Part shown: positions 46,318-55,818 of the stretch, in pieces
Layout: each line of letters starts with the position of its first letter
Position numbering within the stretch: position 1 is the first letter of the stretch
IMG/VR virus record: IMGVR_UViG_3300020049_010034
Span: 1-64,000 of that record
Length of the DNA: 64,000 nucleotides
Source of the DNA: a virus
Lineage: Duplodnaviria; Caudoviricetes
Reading direction: 5' to 3' (one strand)
Position numbers and translations under genes: made by a program
Notes under the pieces: generated by a model
What the model saw: only the letters and a program-made list of their open reading frames with translations
Database searches by the model: none
What the model was told of the DNA's origin: nothing

Positions 46318-47181
46318 TCACCCCATCCTTTTAAAGGAATAATTGTTTCTTGTTTTTTTTGTTAATCCCGCCATATTATTTACAATAGCGTTTTTATGAA
46401 CGCATAACTCTTTTGCAGCCTCTGCTGCGTGAGAGTAAACCTTGCCAGTCTCAATGCACATTATCGGAACTCTTCTTTTGGAAATAATCCCCTTTTTTGA
46501 TCGACCAATAGCATCACAATGATACTGCGGAAGTTTTTTGCCCAACATTCTATCCCTTTTGGCCTGACGTTGTTCGGGAGTTAAGTTTTGTTTTTTGCCC
46601 TTTTTCTGTAAAGACATTTTTTCTCTTGTTTCAGGTGAGTGTTTTTTACCCAGCATCGCTATTCGACATTTAGCCTTATGGCTTTCGGACAGTTTCCTAC
46701 CCTTTAAATAGCTCCAATCCCTAGTTTTTGCAGCGATTCTCATATTCAGCACAGCTGATTCTGGCATTTTTTTACCCTTAATCCATGACGGACGGCCTTT
46801 GTTTGCATCTGAAACTTTCTTTCGCATTTGATCTGACACTACGTTTGTTCTATCTTTAGACCCTAAACAGGTGTAGCCTTTTGGAGCCAAAGCATCGTAT
46901 TTTTCAATAAAAAAATCCTCTAGCTGGTTTAAAGATTGCTGCTCGGAGCAGTAAACCAGAACTTCAAAATCAAAGTTGTCGACCCCATATTTTCTTATAG
47001 CTTTTTGGATTAAACTAGGATTTTTAGGGTAATATTTTATATGGTATCTCCATCTTAAAGATGGGTTTTTTTGTATTGTCTGCCCAATATACTTTTTACC
47101 GTTTATTTTATTGCGGATAAGATAAACACAGCCATGCGAGTATTTTCCAGTAGGGCGGATAAGTTCTGTCAAGATCGCCAT
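46318..47181 (-). CDS. GIY-YIG homing endonuclease with NUMOD3-type repeats
   Basis: GCVYLIRNKINGKKYIGQT, repeats such as GKKHSPETREKMS, C-terminal CIETGKVYSHAAEAAKEL. Confidence 0.92.
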   Translation of the reverse strand: MAILTELIRPTGKYSHGCVYLIRNKINGKKYIGQTIQKNPSLRWRYHIKYYPKNPSLIQKAIRKYGVDNFDFEVLVYCSEQQSLNQLEDFFIEKYDALAPKGYTCLGSKDRTNVVSDQMRKKVSDANKGRPSWIKGKKMPESAVLNMRIAAKTRDWSYLKGRKLSESHKAKCRIAMLGKKHSPETREKMSLQKKGKKQNLTPEQRQAKRDRMLGKKLPQYHCDAIGRSKKGIISKRRVPIMCIETGKVYSHAAEAAKELCVHKNAIVNNMAGLTKKTRNNYSFKRMG

Positions 47182-47976
47182 TTAAATCTCCTTGCCCGAA
47201 TATTTTATAATTGGGTGACTCTTATCTAGATAGTATCGCCAATAGACATCTTTCATTCCGTTTGGATACTTTCGGTACAAAAGCTTAAGCCATAACTTAT
47301 AAGCCAGACTCCAAAACTTCGACCTTTGTTTTAAAAAATGCCAAGTAATGAAGGGAAGAGTTCTTGCGTCCGTATCTTCGACCTTATTAAAAGCTCCCAC
47401 GAACTGCCCCACCAAAACGCCAAGCCACAAGAAAGGGTTTACGCATTCTGAAGCCGCCATCTTGGATAACCCAAGTAAAGACGGGGATCTACCCCACCAA
47501 GCGTCGATATGGAAAAGGTTGGGTTTGCGACAGTTCCAAAAGTTCTTTGGCTGAAAGCCGAAATTTAGAATCCGAGCAAGCCAGTAAGTTTTCTTGGAAA
47601 GATCAACCTTGTCGTAAGGATCAATTCCTTCGCATTTAACTTCCTTGCCGTGGTCAATCATGTTTCTAGCGTATCTTCCTTTATCGTAAAGGGCTGAAAA
47701 GGTAAGAAGGGCGGCTTGATTATCCATGGAATCAATCTCGGTTGAGTCTGGGAACCTACGGGAAAGACCGAACTCTTCTTCTAGGGATTTGAAAACCCAT
47801 CTTAAACGCTCAATCTCGTTTTGTAAATTTTCATCATTGTTTTCCTCAAGGCAGATTAGGTACTGCATTGTGAAAAGTGCGCCGTTTTGCGTAGCTTGAC
47901 CTTCACCGCCAACTGAGTTCAGTTGGTTTAATCCGTAAGAATCGCGGTATTTTAGAAAGTCATTAAAAAGCGACAT
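47182..47976 (-). CDS. Hypothetical protein (helical, Trp-rich)
   Basis: 264 aa with GAGG Shine-Dalgarno. Confidence 0.6.
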   Translation of the reverse strand: MSLFNDFLKYRDSYGLNQLNSVGGEGQATQNGALFTMQYLICLEENNDENLQNEIERLRWVFKSLEEEFGLSRRFPDSTEIDSMDNQAALLTFSALYDKGRYARNMIDHGKEVKCEGIDPYDKVDLSKKTYWLARILNFGFQPKNFWNCRKPNLFHIDAWWGRSPSLLGLSKMAASECVNPFLWLGVLVGQFVGAFNKVEDTDARTLPFITWHFLKQRSKFWSLAYKLWLKLLYRKYPNGMKDVYWRYYLDKSHPIIKYSGKEI

Positions 47977-47988
47977 TTTATTCCTCTA

Positions 47989-48441
47989 TTAATTGCTAAT
48001 CTTAGTGATGTCCATGAAATTTAGTGTCGGGTCGCCAGACAAGGCCCCAGCGGTTCCGTTTGACTGAGCCCGAATAACTATCGTATCTCCTGCCACCAAG
48101 CGTAACTTCGTTCTTACCGTTGCTATATACGGAGTTACTGGAGCGTTTGTTCCGATTGTGCGGCTCGCGGCGACGGAAGCGCCGTTTTTATATATAAATA
48201 TATTGAACCCCTGATTTGTCGCTAGGGTATTAAAAATACCGTCTAATTGCGCACCGATATCGTAAATTCCATCAGAGGGAACCGTATATGTTGGTGACGA
48301 ATATGAGCTTGTTGTGTCAAAATCCTGTGTTGCAAACGGGATGGGATCGATAGTAGCGGCAATCGCTGTAGTCACACTGGTTGTATAGCGGCATGATGGG
48401 ATTTCTTCTGTTAGTTTTTGGTCTACTTTTGTTAATGCCAT
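47989..48441 (-). CDS. C1q/TNF-like jelly-roll tail-associated protein
   Basis: IPFATQDFD...YTVPSDGIY...IYKNG...LRLVAGDTI C1q-like pattern. Confidence 0.75.
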   Translation of the reverse strand: MALTKVDQKLTEEIPSCRYTTSVTTAIAATIDPIPFATQDFDTTSSYSSPTYTVPSDGIYDIGAQLDGIFNTLATNQGFNIFIYKNGASVAASRTIGTNAPVTPYIATVRTKLRLVAGDTIVIRAQSNGTAGALSGDPTLNFMDITKISN

Positions 48442-48450
48442 AAATTATCC

Positions 48451-51400
48451 TTACGTTTTAATGATGTAGTTGACATAAGCGTTCAGTGGTCTGGTTTCAC
48501 TGCCGCCAGCGGAAGTGCTGGTTTCAGAGCCTCTCAGAACAGCCCCGTCAGTACCCCCATTAAACAGTTGGGTTGCTAATCCTCCATTGAAAAAATCTAC
48601 ATCGTGGGTGTGAGCGGAAAATTCGTCTGATTGCACTGAGCCTACATTATTCCCAGCGTTACCGCCCGTATTCATCGCCGTTCTTGAAGCAGAATCGGGG
48701 TCTCGACCCGCAGCTCCGTCTACGCCGCGCATGAAACGACCTCTATAATCAGGTATATTGAAGGTGGTGGTTCCGTTTCCTTGCCCGTGAGTTATCCCGA
48801 TTACACCAAAGAGGGTAGAGTAAGTAGCTCTGCTTACGGCACTTCCGTCACAAAGTAAGAAACCTGATGGGGAAGATGATCCAGCATAAGGTATTATTGA
48901 GGCGGTCGGAATCAAAAACTCTAAAACATCACTTGCCAATTTTGCAACCGTTACGCTTCCATCGCTTGGAATTCCAAACGGCAACGTGAACCCACTAACC
49001 ACTTGGATATTATCCGAACCCAAAGGAGGAGCCGCACTAAACGTAAGCACCGTTCCAACTACCGTATAAGAAGGCTTTTGCTGATAAACACCCGTAATGT
49101 AAACGAAGGTGTTGTTAATCGAGCCCGGTGCTTGTGTTAAGTTAAACACAGTTGTAACGCCGTCACCTGAGAAAGTGTCTACCACGAAATTGCCAGCGGT
49201 TGTAACCGAGGTATCGCGCAAAGTATAAAAACGATAGTTCAATAAATTTACAGAGCCTGCGCCAGATGTTTCAGTAGAGAAGAACCGAATATTAGTTTGT
49301 GTAGACGCGCTTGGGAATACCGAGCTTTGTGCTGTTGAGAATTGGAACGTCGGACGCTCTCCAACTTCAGACCAAGTCGATCCGTCGCCAGAAGCAGACC
49401 AGCCGACAACTGGAGCTGAAGCAATATCAAAAATATTATCGCCAACGGCAGACGAGTCTTCGTAATCGATCAAGTAGTCTTCATAAGCAGACCCTAAGAA
49501 AGTGGTAGATAGCGATTCTCCGTCACCAGAGTAAGCGTACAGCTCTTTAGTCTCGACGACTTCAGATACCGTACAGGCGTCTGCGGCTGGGTCTACCGTA
49601 AAAGCGGCTTCGATCACGAAAGTGGTGTTCGATGCAGCTGACACGATCTTGCGAGCTTCAGAGCCGAAAATCAACATCTGTCCAACTAAATCTGAGCCGT
49701 CAACTGCTGGGAATACCGCCGATGAAGACGATAGAACCATATTTACGCCAGTACCAGTGACGGTTTTTGACGCGTCATAGTTCAATTGATAAATCTGAGT
49801 TCCACCCTGATAGGTAGCCGTAGTTTGTGTTGGGTCGATAGTGCTTAAAGCGTTTAAAGGAGATTCCGAAAGATCGTCGGTAATCTTACCTTGGAATAGT
49901 AAAGAAACTAGGTCGTCATTGTAGCTTGCGCCACTTGAACCGCCAGCGCCGCCACCAGAGTTGAAACGGTAGATGCCAGAGTTCTCGATGATCGGAGTAG
50001 CTGACCCAGAAGTTCTCCAGCCATCAGCTGTGAAGTATTGAAGTAAAGCGTATCCGATCGGTAGGTTTGAAGATGGGAATAATGCGCCAATCACCGAAGG
50101 GGTGTTTTGGGAAACTAGAGATCCGCCCGCCGAAAAAGAAACCGCAATCAATCCATCTGGCTGCAAGCTAAAACCTGCAACATAGAAATTTGTATCCACT
50201 GGAACGATCGTGTCGATTGCAAAATCAGGAGCAGGAGTTCCAACTGGCTGTGGTACTGAGAAGTCGATTGACAATCCAGACAATCCAGTCCATACCGAGC
50301 TTGCCACAGGGGAAACCGTTTTGTTTGCACCGTCGCCTGCGGAAGTCGTGGAGTCTTCGAAATACAAGTTCTGATCAAACGAGCCCGTGTTTGCGCCGCG
50401 AGGCTTCAAAGGAATGTTTGACTCAGTATCTAGAGCCTTGATGGCCGTGGTTAAATTGTCATCGTCGGCAACGGTCGCGTTTCCAGCGGTCGTTGCAGCT
50501 GGAGTTTTGGTAGAGTAAATCGGTGTTGAATCAGAGTCGTCAATCGCACCAATGAAAGCCAAGGTGTCATTTGATACGCCTTGAGAGATACGGGTTGATT
50601 CACCTTCGTGAAGCTGAGTTGCGTTCAAGCGAACATAAACTAACGCGTCCGCGCCGCCGTCATCAGCCCGAGCAAATAGCCACCACACATCCCCAGTAAA
50701 AGGAACATCTTCGCGAGCGTCAGTTAGGATATATCGATTCGCGGTCGGTGATACAGGAGGGTTAGTAAATACAGTGTTCGCTGTACCGTACACGCCGTAG
50801 CTTGCATAAGACTCATAGGTATTGCTCACACCAGTAAAAGCCTGAGTTAAAACTACGTTTGAATCATCTACAACTGTTGCGATTTGGTAAAAAGCTGTGT
50901 CGTCTTCTTCTGCTAGGCGAATGAAATCGCCTTCCATCAGCTCGTCAGTCCAAGGAGCGGCAGCGGAAACAGCGGTTGATCCGTTCGTCCAAACTAAAGG
51001 TTGCGCAAGCTCGATGTTGCGTTGCATATTAAGGTACGCAACTTCGTTATCAGCCAAGGTAATATCCGCAGCTCCTGCCGATAAGGTATTATTTTCTAAA
51101 ATTTGATAATTAAGAGGAGTTCCAACTACTTTGATAAAGATGTCGGAGTTCCAGTTCATTCTTCCAGCAATAGTCTGGCTATGGGTTATGATCCCGTCAC
51201 CCGTCACGATCGCTTTGGTGGTATCTTCGGCTAAAGAGGTGATAGAGCCAGAAGCTGAAATAGGAGAGTACCAATATGTAGTCCCCTTGATTTCTTTGAT
51301 AAGAGACATCGTAGCATCCATCCAGTCTTTCAAAGATAGAAGCTGTTTATCGCCGCCTAAGAATGGATCCGCCCCGCTGCCGTCCGTCTTCGTAGATGGG

Positions 51401-52050
51401 TTTTCATCCCTGCCTTGGCTCCATGGGTACACATAGGCTGGGTTGGGCGGATTATTCCCACCACGACCTAAACGCAAGAATAGGGGTCGTCGGTCTTCAA
51501 GCTGGGAAACGCCATTTTGAGCGTTAGTTCTGATCCTTGCGATCGGAAGTCCATTTGAAGATGGTGGGGAATTTGATATCACGATTCGGTAATCGAGAAC
51601 CAAAGCTAGGGGGATTGACTTGCTAATTTCAGCTTGTGTAGATGGATCCCAAAGGTATACGGTATCTGTGGTAGAAGGATCTACGGCACGGATATACTCA
51701 ATACTGACATAGTTATCAGCGTTTGCCGTGAAGCTGCCCACGACTTTTGAGTTGGTAACGGTGTTTAAAGCTTGAGGAGCCTCGGTGGACGGGATAACTA
51801 AGATAGTTCCAGACGTTTGAGACTGAGAGTGCAAAAGAGCAGAGTCAGCTACTAAAAGCTGAGCTGAAGAGGCTTGGTTCCCAAAGGTTGCTGAAATGGT
51901 AAAACCTTTCACAACATAGCTTATTCCGCCAGTCATGGATCCTGAAAAAAGATCGTCAAAATCAGATCTTACGGCTGATTCTACTGAACGAAGTTGGCTT
52001 AAATCAACGCGCTGGTTTGAGATCCAGTTTTGGGTTCTGCGAATACTCAT
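48451..52050 (-). CDS. Long tail fibre protein with C-terminal collar domain
   Basis: PTASIIPYAG...GFLLCDGSAVSRATYSTLFGVIG...FNIPDYRGRF and ETRPLNAYVNYIIK. Confidence 0.88.
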   Translation of the reverse strand: MSIRRTQNWISNQRVDLSQLRSVESAVRSDFDDLFSGSMTGGISYVVKGFTISATFGNQASSAQLLVADSALLHSQSQTSGTILVIPSTEAPQALNTVTNSKVVGSFTANADNYVSIEYIRAVDPSTTDTVYLWDPSTQAEISKSIPLALVLDYRIVISNSPPSSNGLPIARIRTNAQNGVSQLEDRRPLFLRLGRGGNNPPNPAYVYPWSQGRDENPSTKTDGSGADPFLGGDKQLLSLKDWMDATMSLIKEIKGTTYWYSPISASGSITSLAEDTTKAIVTGDGIITHSQTIAGRMNWNSDIFIKVVGTPLNYQILENNTLSAGAADITLADNEVAYLNMQRNIELAQPLVWTNGSTAVSAAAPWTDELMEGDFIRLAEEDDTAFYQIATVVDDSNVVLTQAFTGVSNTYESYASYGVYGTANTVFTNPPVSPTANRYILTDAREDVPFTGDVWWLFARADDGGADALVYVRLNATQLHEGESTRISQGVSNDTLAFIGAIDDSDSTPIYSTKTPAATTAGNATVADDDNLTTAIKALDTESNIPLKPRGANTGSFDQNLYFEDSTTSAGDGANKTVSPVASSVWTGLSGLSIDFSVPQPVGTPAPDFAIDTIVPVDTNFYVAGFSLQPDGLIAVSFSAGGSLVSQNTPSVIGALFPSSNLPIGYALLQYFTADGWRTSGSATPIIENSGIYRFNSGGGAGGSSGASYNDDLVSLLFQGKITDDLSESPLNALSTIDPTQTTATYQGGTQIYQLNYDASKTVTGTGVNMVLSSSSAVFPAVDGSDLVGQMLIFGSEARKIVSAASNTTFVIEAAFTVDPAADACTVSEVVETKELYAYSGDGESLSTTFLGSAYEDYLIDYEDSSAVGDNIFDIASAPVVGWSASGDGSTWSEVGERPTFQFSTAQSSVFPSASTQTNIRFFSTETSGAGSVNLLNYRFYTLRDTSVTTAGNFVVDTFSGDGVTTVFNLTQAPGSINNTFVYITGVYQQKPSYTVVGTVLTFSAAPPLGSDNIQVVSGFTLPFGIPSDGSVTVAKLASDVLEFLIPTASIIPYAGSSSPSGFLLCDGSAVSRATYSTLFGVIGITHGQGNGTTTFNIPDYRGRFMRGVDGAAGRDPDSASRTAMNTGGNAGNNVGSVQSDEFSAHTHDVDFFNGGLATQLFNGGTDGAVLRGSETSTSAGGSETRPLNAYVNYIIKT

Positions 52051-52072
52051 GTTTTACTATTCCTCTAGATGT

Positions 52073-52102
52073 AAAGATTCCTTTCCTATCGAAATAGTAT
52101 CA
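52073..52102 (-). promoter_or_regulatory. Putative promoter: TGATACTAT (52102-52094) followed by AATCTTT (52079-52073)
   Basis: Same arrangement as 4022-3995. Confidence 0.5.
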
Positions 52103-52127
52103 CATATAGAGTAAACGCAATCTGTTT

Positions 52128-52478
52128 ATGCAGGAGGGCTTCATGCAACACGCCAAAAAGCCGCCTCAGAAAGAGCAAGATAAGACCAAATTAAGGCAAT
52201 TAGCTAATGAAAACAAAGAGTTACGAAAAGAAATCAAACATTTAAGACGCGAGATCTTAAAATTCCACAACAAGAAAGAATTGGAACCAAAAGAGTCTGA
52301 TATACCTTTGCCTGAAACCAAAAGTAGAGATGGTAAGGATTGGACTTGCCATAAATGCAATACGGGCGTACTAACCAAAGTTGAGTACACCCGTATCGGA
52401 GAAAACTGGTACTTTAGAAAATGCAACGGTAGTAATTGCACTTATCGTACCAGAGGCAAAAAATCTACTGACGAATAG
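52128..52478 (+). CDS. Coiled-coil plus zinc-ribbon protein
   Basis: CHKC and CNGSNC. Confidence 0.6.
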   Translation: MQEGFMQHAKKPPQKEQDKTKLRQLANENKELRKEIKHLRREILKFHNKKELEPKESDIPLPETKSRDGKDWTCHKCNTGVLTKVEYTRIGENWYFRKCNGSNCTYRTRGKKSTDE

Positions 52479-52881
52479 GTTTGTTCTGGGTAAATACGGC
52501 CTGAACTGGCTCAGCTCTTGATGATAAACCGTGCGCTTCCTTTTGTTTTGAATCTTGATCGATCAAGATCCCAAGAGTCAAAATAAAGACCCCAGCGATA
52601 TATCCTGTAAACACAGCCGCGATAATCGCTAAAATAAACACGATAGGGCTAATTCGCTTACCTTCTGTAAGAATGAAGCCCAAAAAAGCAAAATAGAAAA
52701 ACGATACGAATCCGCTAAGAACAGTAAAAGCAGTCATATTGTAGTTATCTTCGCTTTTCAAAAAGGTGCTGATCAGCATCATGTTGATGCGTAGCAGGAT
52801 TAGGTAATGGGTCGCCACAAAAATGGCGATGCCGCCAAAATCACGATCTTCGGTTGTATTGAATGGATTTAAAGTTTTCAT
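52465..52881 (-). CDS. Integral membrane protein (likely start MKTLNPF)
   Basis: Several hydrophobic segments. Confidence 0.6.
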   Translation of the reverse strand: MKTLNPFNTTEDRDFGGIAIFVATHYLILLRINMMLISTFLKSEDNYNMTAFTVLSGFVSFFYFAFLGFILTEGKRISPIVFILAIIAAVFTGYIAGVFILTLGILIDQDSKQKEAHGLSSRAEPVQAVFTQNKPIRQ

Positions 52882-52891
52882 ATATTTCTTT

Positions 52892-53047
52892 CTATTGTAA
52901 AGGGTAACCAGTTTCTGCAATGGCTTTTTGTTCTTGCTCAAGCCACATTTCCATCAATTCCTCTTCGATAGCTTGGGCGAACCAGTTATCTCCGAAGTCG
53001 ATTGCTTGCTCCATCACTTGTTTCATTTCTTTTTCAGTTTTATACAT
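52892..53047 (-). CDS. 51-aa acidic protein
   Basis: Below track cutoff; MYKTEKEMKQVMEQAIDFGDNWFAQAIEEELMEMWLEQEQKAIAETGYPLQ, with GAAAGG Shine-Dalgarno and its own promoter. Confidence 0.55.
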   Translation of the reverse strand: MYKTEKEMKQVMEQAIDFGDNWFAQAIEEELMEMWLEQEQKAIAETGYPLQ

Positions 53048-53054
53048 TTGTTTT

Positions 53055-53100
53055 TTGCCTTTCTTTCCTAAAGAATAAACCCAAAAGAAAAGAAAGGCAA
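53055..53100 (-). promoter_or_regulatory. Promoter TTGCCT-N17-TATTCT within a 12-bp inverted repeat
   Basis: Arms TTGCCTTTCTTT (53055-53066) and AAAGAAAGGCAA (53089-53100). Confidence 0.55.
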
Positions 53101-53119
53101 GAACTTTTTTAAATAAAAC

Positions 53120-53356
53120 TTAAGAAATATCAATCCCCTGTGATTGCAATGCCTTAGTTAGCTGCTGTACGCGAGCTTCTTTGCCGATCACTAGATAATC
53201 AAGCTCTAATTCGTTAGATGGCATGGCGATATGCCAGCCAAGATCCGAAATGGCTTTAGCCAAAGCGTCTACAGCCTGTAGTTCTTTGGTGATATCTTCC
53301 ATTTTAACCGTGATTTCATTGATTAATGACTCGTTTGTAGGGTTATCGTTATTCAT
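53120..53356 (-). CDS. Small hypothetical protein
   Basis: 78-aa ORF. Confidence 0.55.
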   Translation of the reverse strand: MNNDNPTNESLINEITVKMEDITKELQAVDALAKAISDLGWHIAMPSNELELDYLVIGKEARVQQLTKALQSQGIDIS

Positions 53357-53366
53357 GGGAGCCTTT

Positions 53367-53555
53367 CTACATTGACCTTGCGGTCAGGATTATGGTGGTT
53401 ACACCGTTATTTTGTTTTTGGGTGATTCTAGGGTATCGGTAGCCAGTCTTAAGCAAAACCGCGATCTGGTTTGTAGCCTGAAGCTCTGCTTTTTCTCGGT
53501 TCCGATCTTTAATCGTAACCGTGATTTGATCTGGATGTGACTCAACGGACATCAT
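53367..53555 (-). CDS. Small hypothetical protein
   Basis: 62-aa coupled ORF. Confidence 0.5.
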   Translation of the reverse strand: MMSVESHPDQITVTIKDRNREKAELQATNQIAVLLKTGYRYPRITQKQNNGVTTIILTARSM

Positions 53556-53737
53556 TTCTTGGCCTTTCGTTTGGGTTTAAGCTTAATGACGTTGCCTTTG
53601 GGCTCAATCTCTGGTTCTTTCTTCTCGGGACGGTCAGATCCATCGCCCGTATAGAACCCAGCATTCATAGCTAAAAACATCCCGATAATTAACGGGATAA
53701 TAATAATCATGCTTAGTGGTAAAACTAAATCTTCCAT
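53552..53737 (-). CDS. Small single-pass membrane protein
   Basis: N-terminal hydrophobic helix and basic tail. Confidence 0.55.
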   Translation of the reverse strand: MEDLVLPLSMIIIIPLIIGMFLAMNAGFYTGDGSDRPEKKEPEIEPKGNVIKLKPKRKAKK

Positions 53738-53738
53738 A

Positions 53739-54155
53739 TTACTTTCCTTTCGGTTTTTTAGCTACAGCTAACGAGCGGATATACTTCGCAATTGCGGTTT
53801 CGCAACGGTATAAGTTATAATAGCTTTTCTTTTTGAAAAAGTAACGAGTCTCGGTGTGTTCTGGGATAGTTGTCCAGATATCACCGCCAGCACTGCGCAA
53901 GATCTCTTTCTCAGGCACGGTGGTATTTTTCGCTTCGCATTTAAGCTGCTTTGCGTAGAAATCACAGAACCGAAGGATTTTACGAGCTTTCTCGAAGTCT
54001 TCCCCATAGCTCATAGAGCTTTTCGAATCCCCGTCGACCAAAATATCAACATAGTGGTTCTGACTAATCAAAGGTAGGTTCTGCTGGCCTAATTTACAAG
54101 TTACTTCCGCATTGGCGGTCGTTAAAGTTAGCAATAACAAAAATAAAGCTTTCAT
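53739..54155 (-). CDS. Secreted hypothetical protein
   Basis: Signal peptide MKALFLLLLTLTTANA; four Cys. Confidence 0.6.
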   Translation of the reverse strand: MKALFLLLLTLTTANAEVTCKLGQQNLPLISQNHYVDILVDGDSKSSMSYGEDFEKARKILRFCDFYAKQLKCEAKNTTVPEKEILRSAGGDIWTTIPEHTETRYFFKKKSYYNLYRCETAIAKYIRSLAVAKKPKGK

Positions 54156-54156
54156 C

Positions 54157-55086
54157 TTACTCCTCCTGCTTTTTCAAATAAAGTTTTCCGCGTTTTGCCC
54201 AAGTATTTGACTCGGACAGCTTAGATGCAGAATACTGAAAGTTATCGTAATTATGGTTCTTGCTTTGAACGTAAGGGTGCATTCCCTTTAACATCTTTTT
54301 CCAAAACTTGAAAGACGCTTTGGACATATCTTCGTAATCATCCGCTTGAAGGTAGATGCCGTAAGGGTACTGGGTTCCAGTTTTTTTAGTAGCCTTCTTG
54401 TGAATAGCTAAGCCAAACTGAGTCCAAGGGGAAAGTTCTTCGCGAACGCTTCCCTTAAACTGGCTGATATCCACGTTGATTGTTCTAAAATCAGCTTTAT
54501 CGCCTTCGATACCATCATCCGAACGCTCGTATTTAAACTCGTTCTTTTCAACCGCATGAAGCGATCTCAAATCTACTCCGTAATATTCTTTAAGAGCTTC
54601 GCTCAAAGATGCACCCTTTGGGGTAAAGGTCATGACATCTTCTTTGCCGCTTTCGTAGCGAACCGATAAAGTTGTGTTTAACTGGTTCGCAATGGCTGAA
54701 AGGATATCGGAACTTTCAGTCAAATTAAGATCCCCTGACCATACCAAAATACCGCGTGAAAAAATCCGAGCGTTAAATACGACTAAATCATTAGGGTGTT
54801 CCCAACGATACAAGCCTTTTGATCCGAAGATAGGGCGAGATCCTAGCATCGAAGAGATAGCCGCGTTTTTAGCCTGCTTCCAAGTAATCATGCCGTATGT
54901 CGATAAAGCCAGTCGCTTTAGAAAACGGTAAGCTTTCTCTAGCTCGTATGCGATAGCGTTTAAGACTGGAGAGGCTGCCTGCCAGCCTTTTCCAATCAAT
55001 TCGGCAGCTTTTTTAAAACCGCTTTTAATTCGGCGTACAACTTCGTACACCTTCTGTTCAATTTGCTCTAACTTATTCATTTTCAC
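54157..55086 (-). CDS. Hypothetical protein
   Basis: 309-aa ORF. Confidence 0.6.
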   Translation of the reverse strand: MKMNKLEQIEQKVYEVVRRIKSGFKKAAELIGKGWQAASPVLNAIAYELEKAYRFLKRLALSTYGMITWKQAKNAAISSMLGSRPIFGSKGLYRWEHPNDLVVFNARIFSRGILVWSGDLNLTESSDILSAIANQLNTTLSVRYESGKEDVMTFTPKGASLSEALKEYYGVDLRSLHAVEKNEFKYERSDDGIEGDKADFRTINVDISQFKGSVREELSPWTQFGLAIHKKATKKTGTQYPYGIYLQADDYEDMSKASFKFWKKMLKGMHPYVQSKNHNYDNFQYSASKLSESNTWAKRGKLYLKKQEE

Positions 55087-55378
55087 TTTCTCCTTTTGTT
55101 TCTGTCGTTTCCGCAGATTCGACTGTAATACCTTCTTTTGTCATTTGAAATTTACGGCCAAGGTAAATAAAGGCCGAAACTCCATAAAACCATAAAACAT
55201 CGCTATAGTCAACTTCTAAATGCTTGGTAGCTTTCCCAGCTAAGCATACAATAGCCACATTAAACGATACCCAATACATTGTCAAGGTATAAGATCCTTG
55301 GCCGTTTGCTCTAAGTAGGGGTAAGGGGATACCTCTGTCATTGAGATCTAAAGCCCACTGTTTTAATTTTTCAATCAT
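55073..55378 (-). CDS. Two-TM membrane protein, holin-like
   Basis: Two hydrophobic helices and a charged C-terminus; holin role is inferred. Confidence 0.4.
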   Translation of the reverse strand: MIEKLKQWALDLNDRGIPLPLLRANGQGSYTLTMYWVSFNVAIVCLAGKATKHLEVDYSDVLWFYGVSAFIYLGRKFQMTKEGITVESAETTETKGESENE

Positions 55379-55818
55379 TTTCCTGTACTCCCAAACCCGC
55401 CAGCTCCGCGATCGGTTTTCTTTAGCTCTTGCACTTCCATAATTTCAGGCGTAACTACTGGTACGAACACCATCTGGGCTACTCGGTCACCTGCTGTATA
55501 GATATTAGGTTTTAACTGCTCGTTGCCAACAATCTTAAAACGAACCATAATTTCCCCCGTGTAACCCTGATCGATTAAACCAATCGAGTTGCATAGAATC
55601 AGATGCTTTTTCGAAATGCTAGAGCGAGGAAAAACCATTCCTGCGACGTTCGGCGGAAGCTGCACGGCCAACCCAGTTCGATATTCGATAAATTGAACTC
55701 CGTCCTCGGTGTAGGTTAAACCTTCGTCAACCGTAGTAAGATCCGCGCCGAAATCACCAATGTTTGCAAATTTTGGCATTACCGCTTTTTCATGTAGCTT
55801 CTTAAACCCAATAATCAT
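55375..55818 (-). CDS. dut: Trimeric dUTPase
   Basis: GADL, PRSS, GLIDQGYTGEI, GDRVAQ, RGAGGFGSTG. Confidence 0.96.
   Translation of the reverse strand: MIIGFKKLHEKAVMPKFANIGDFGADLTTVDEGLTYTEDGVQFIEYRTGLAVQLPPNVAGMVFPRSSISKKHLILCNSIGLIDQGYTGEIMVRFKIVGNEQLKPNIYTAGDRVAQMVFVPVVTPEIMEVQELKKTDRGAGGFGSTGK

Noticed and set aside
45219-47181. Group I introns around the homing endonucleases
   Set aside because: No flanking non-coding sequence for an intron core; neighbours look like separate coupled genes.
43399-52050. Diversity-generating retroelement or invertible tail-fibre cassette
   Set aside because: No reverse transcriptase, invertase, or template/variable repeat pair was seen in the window.
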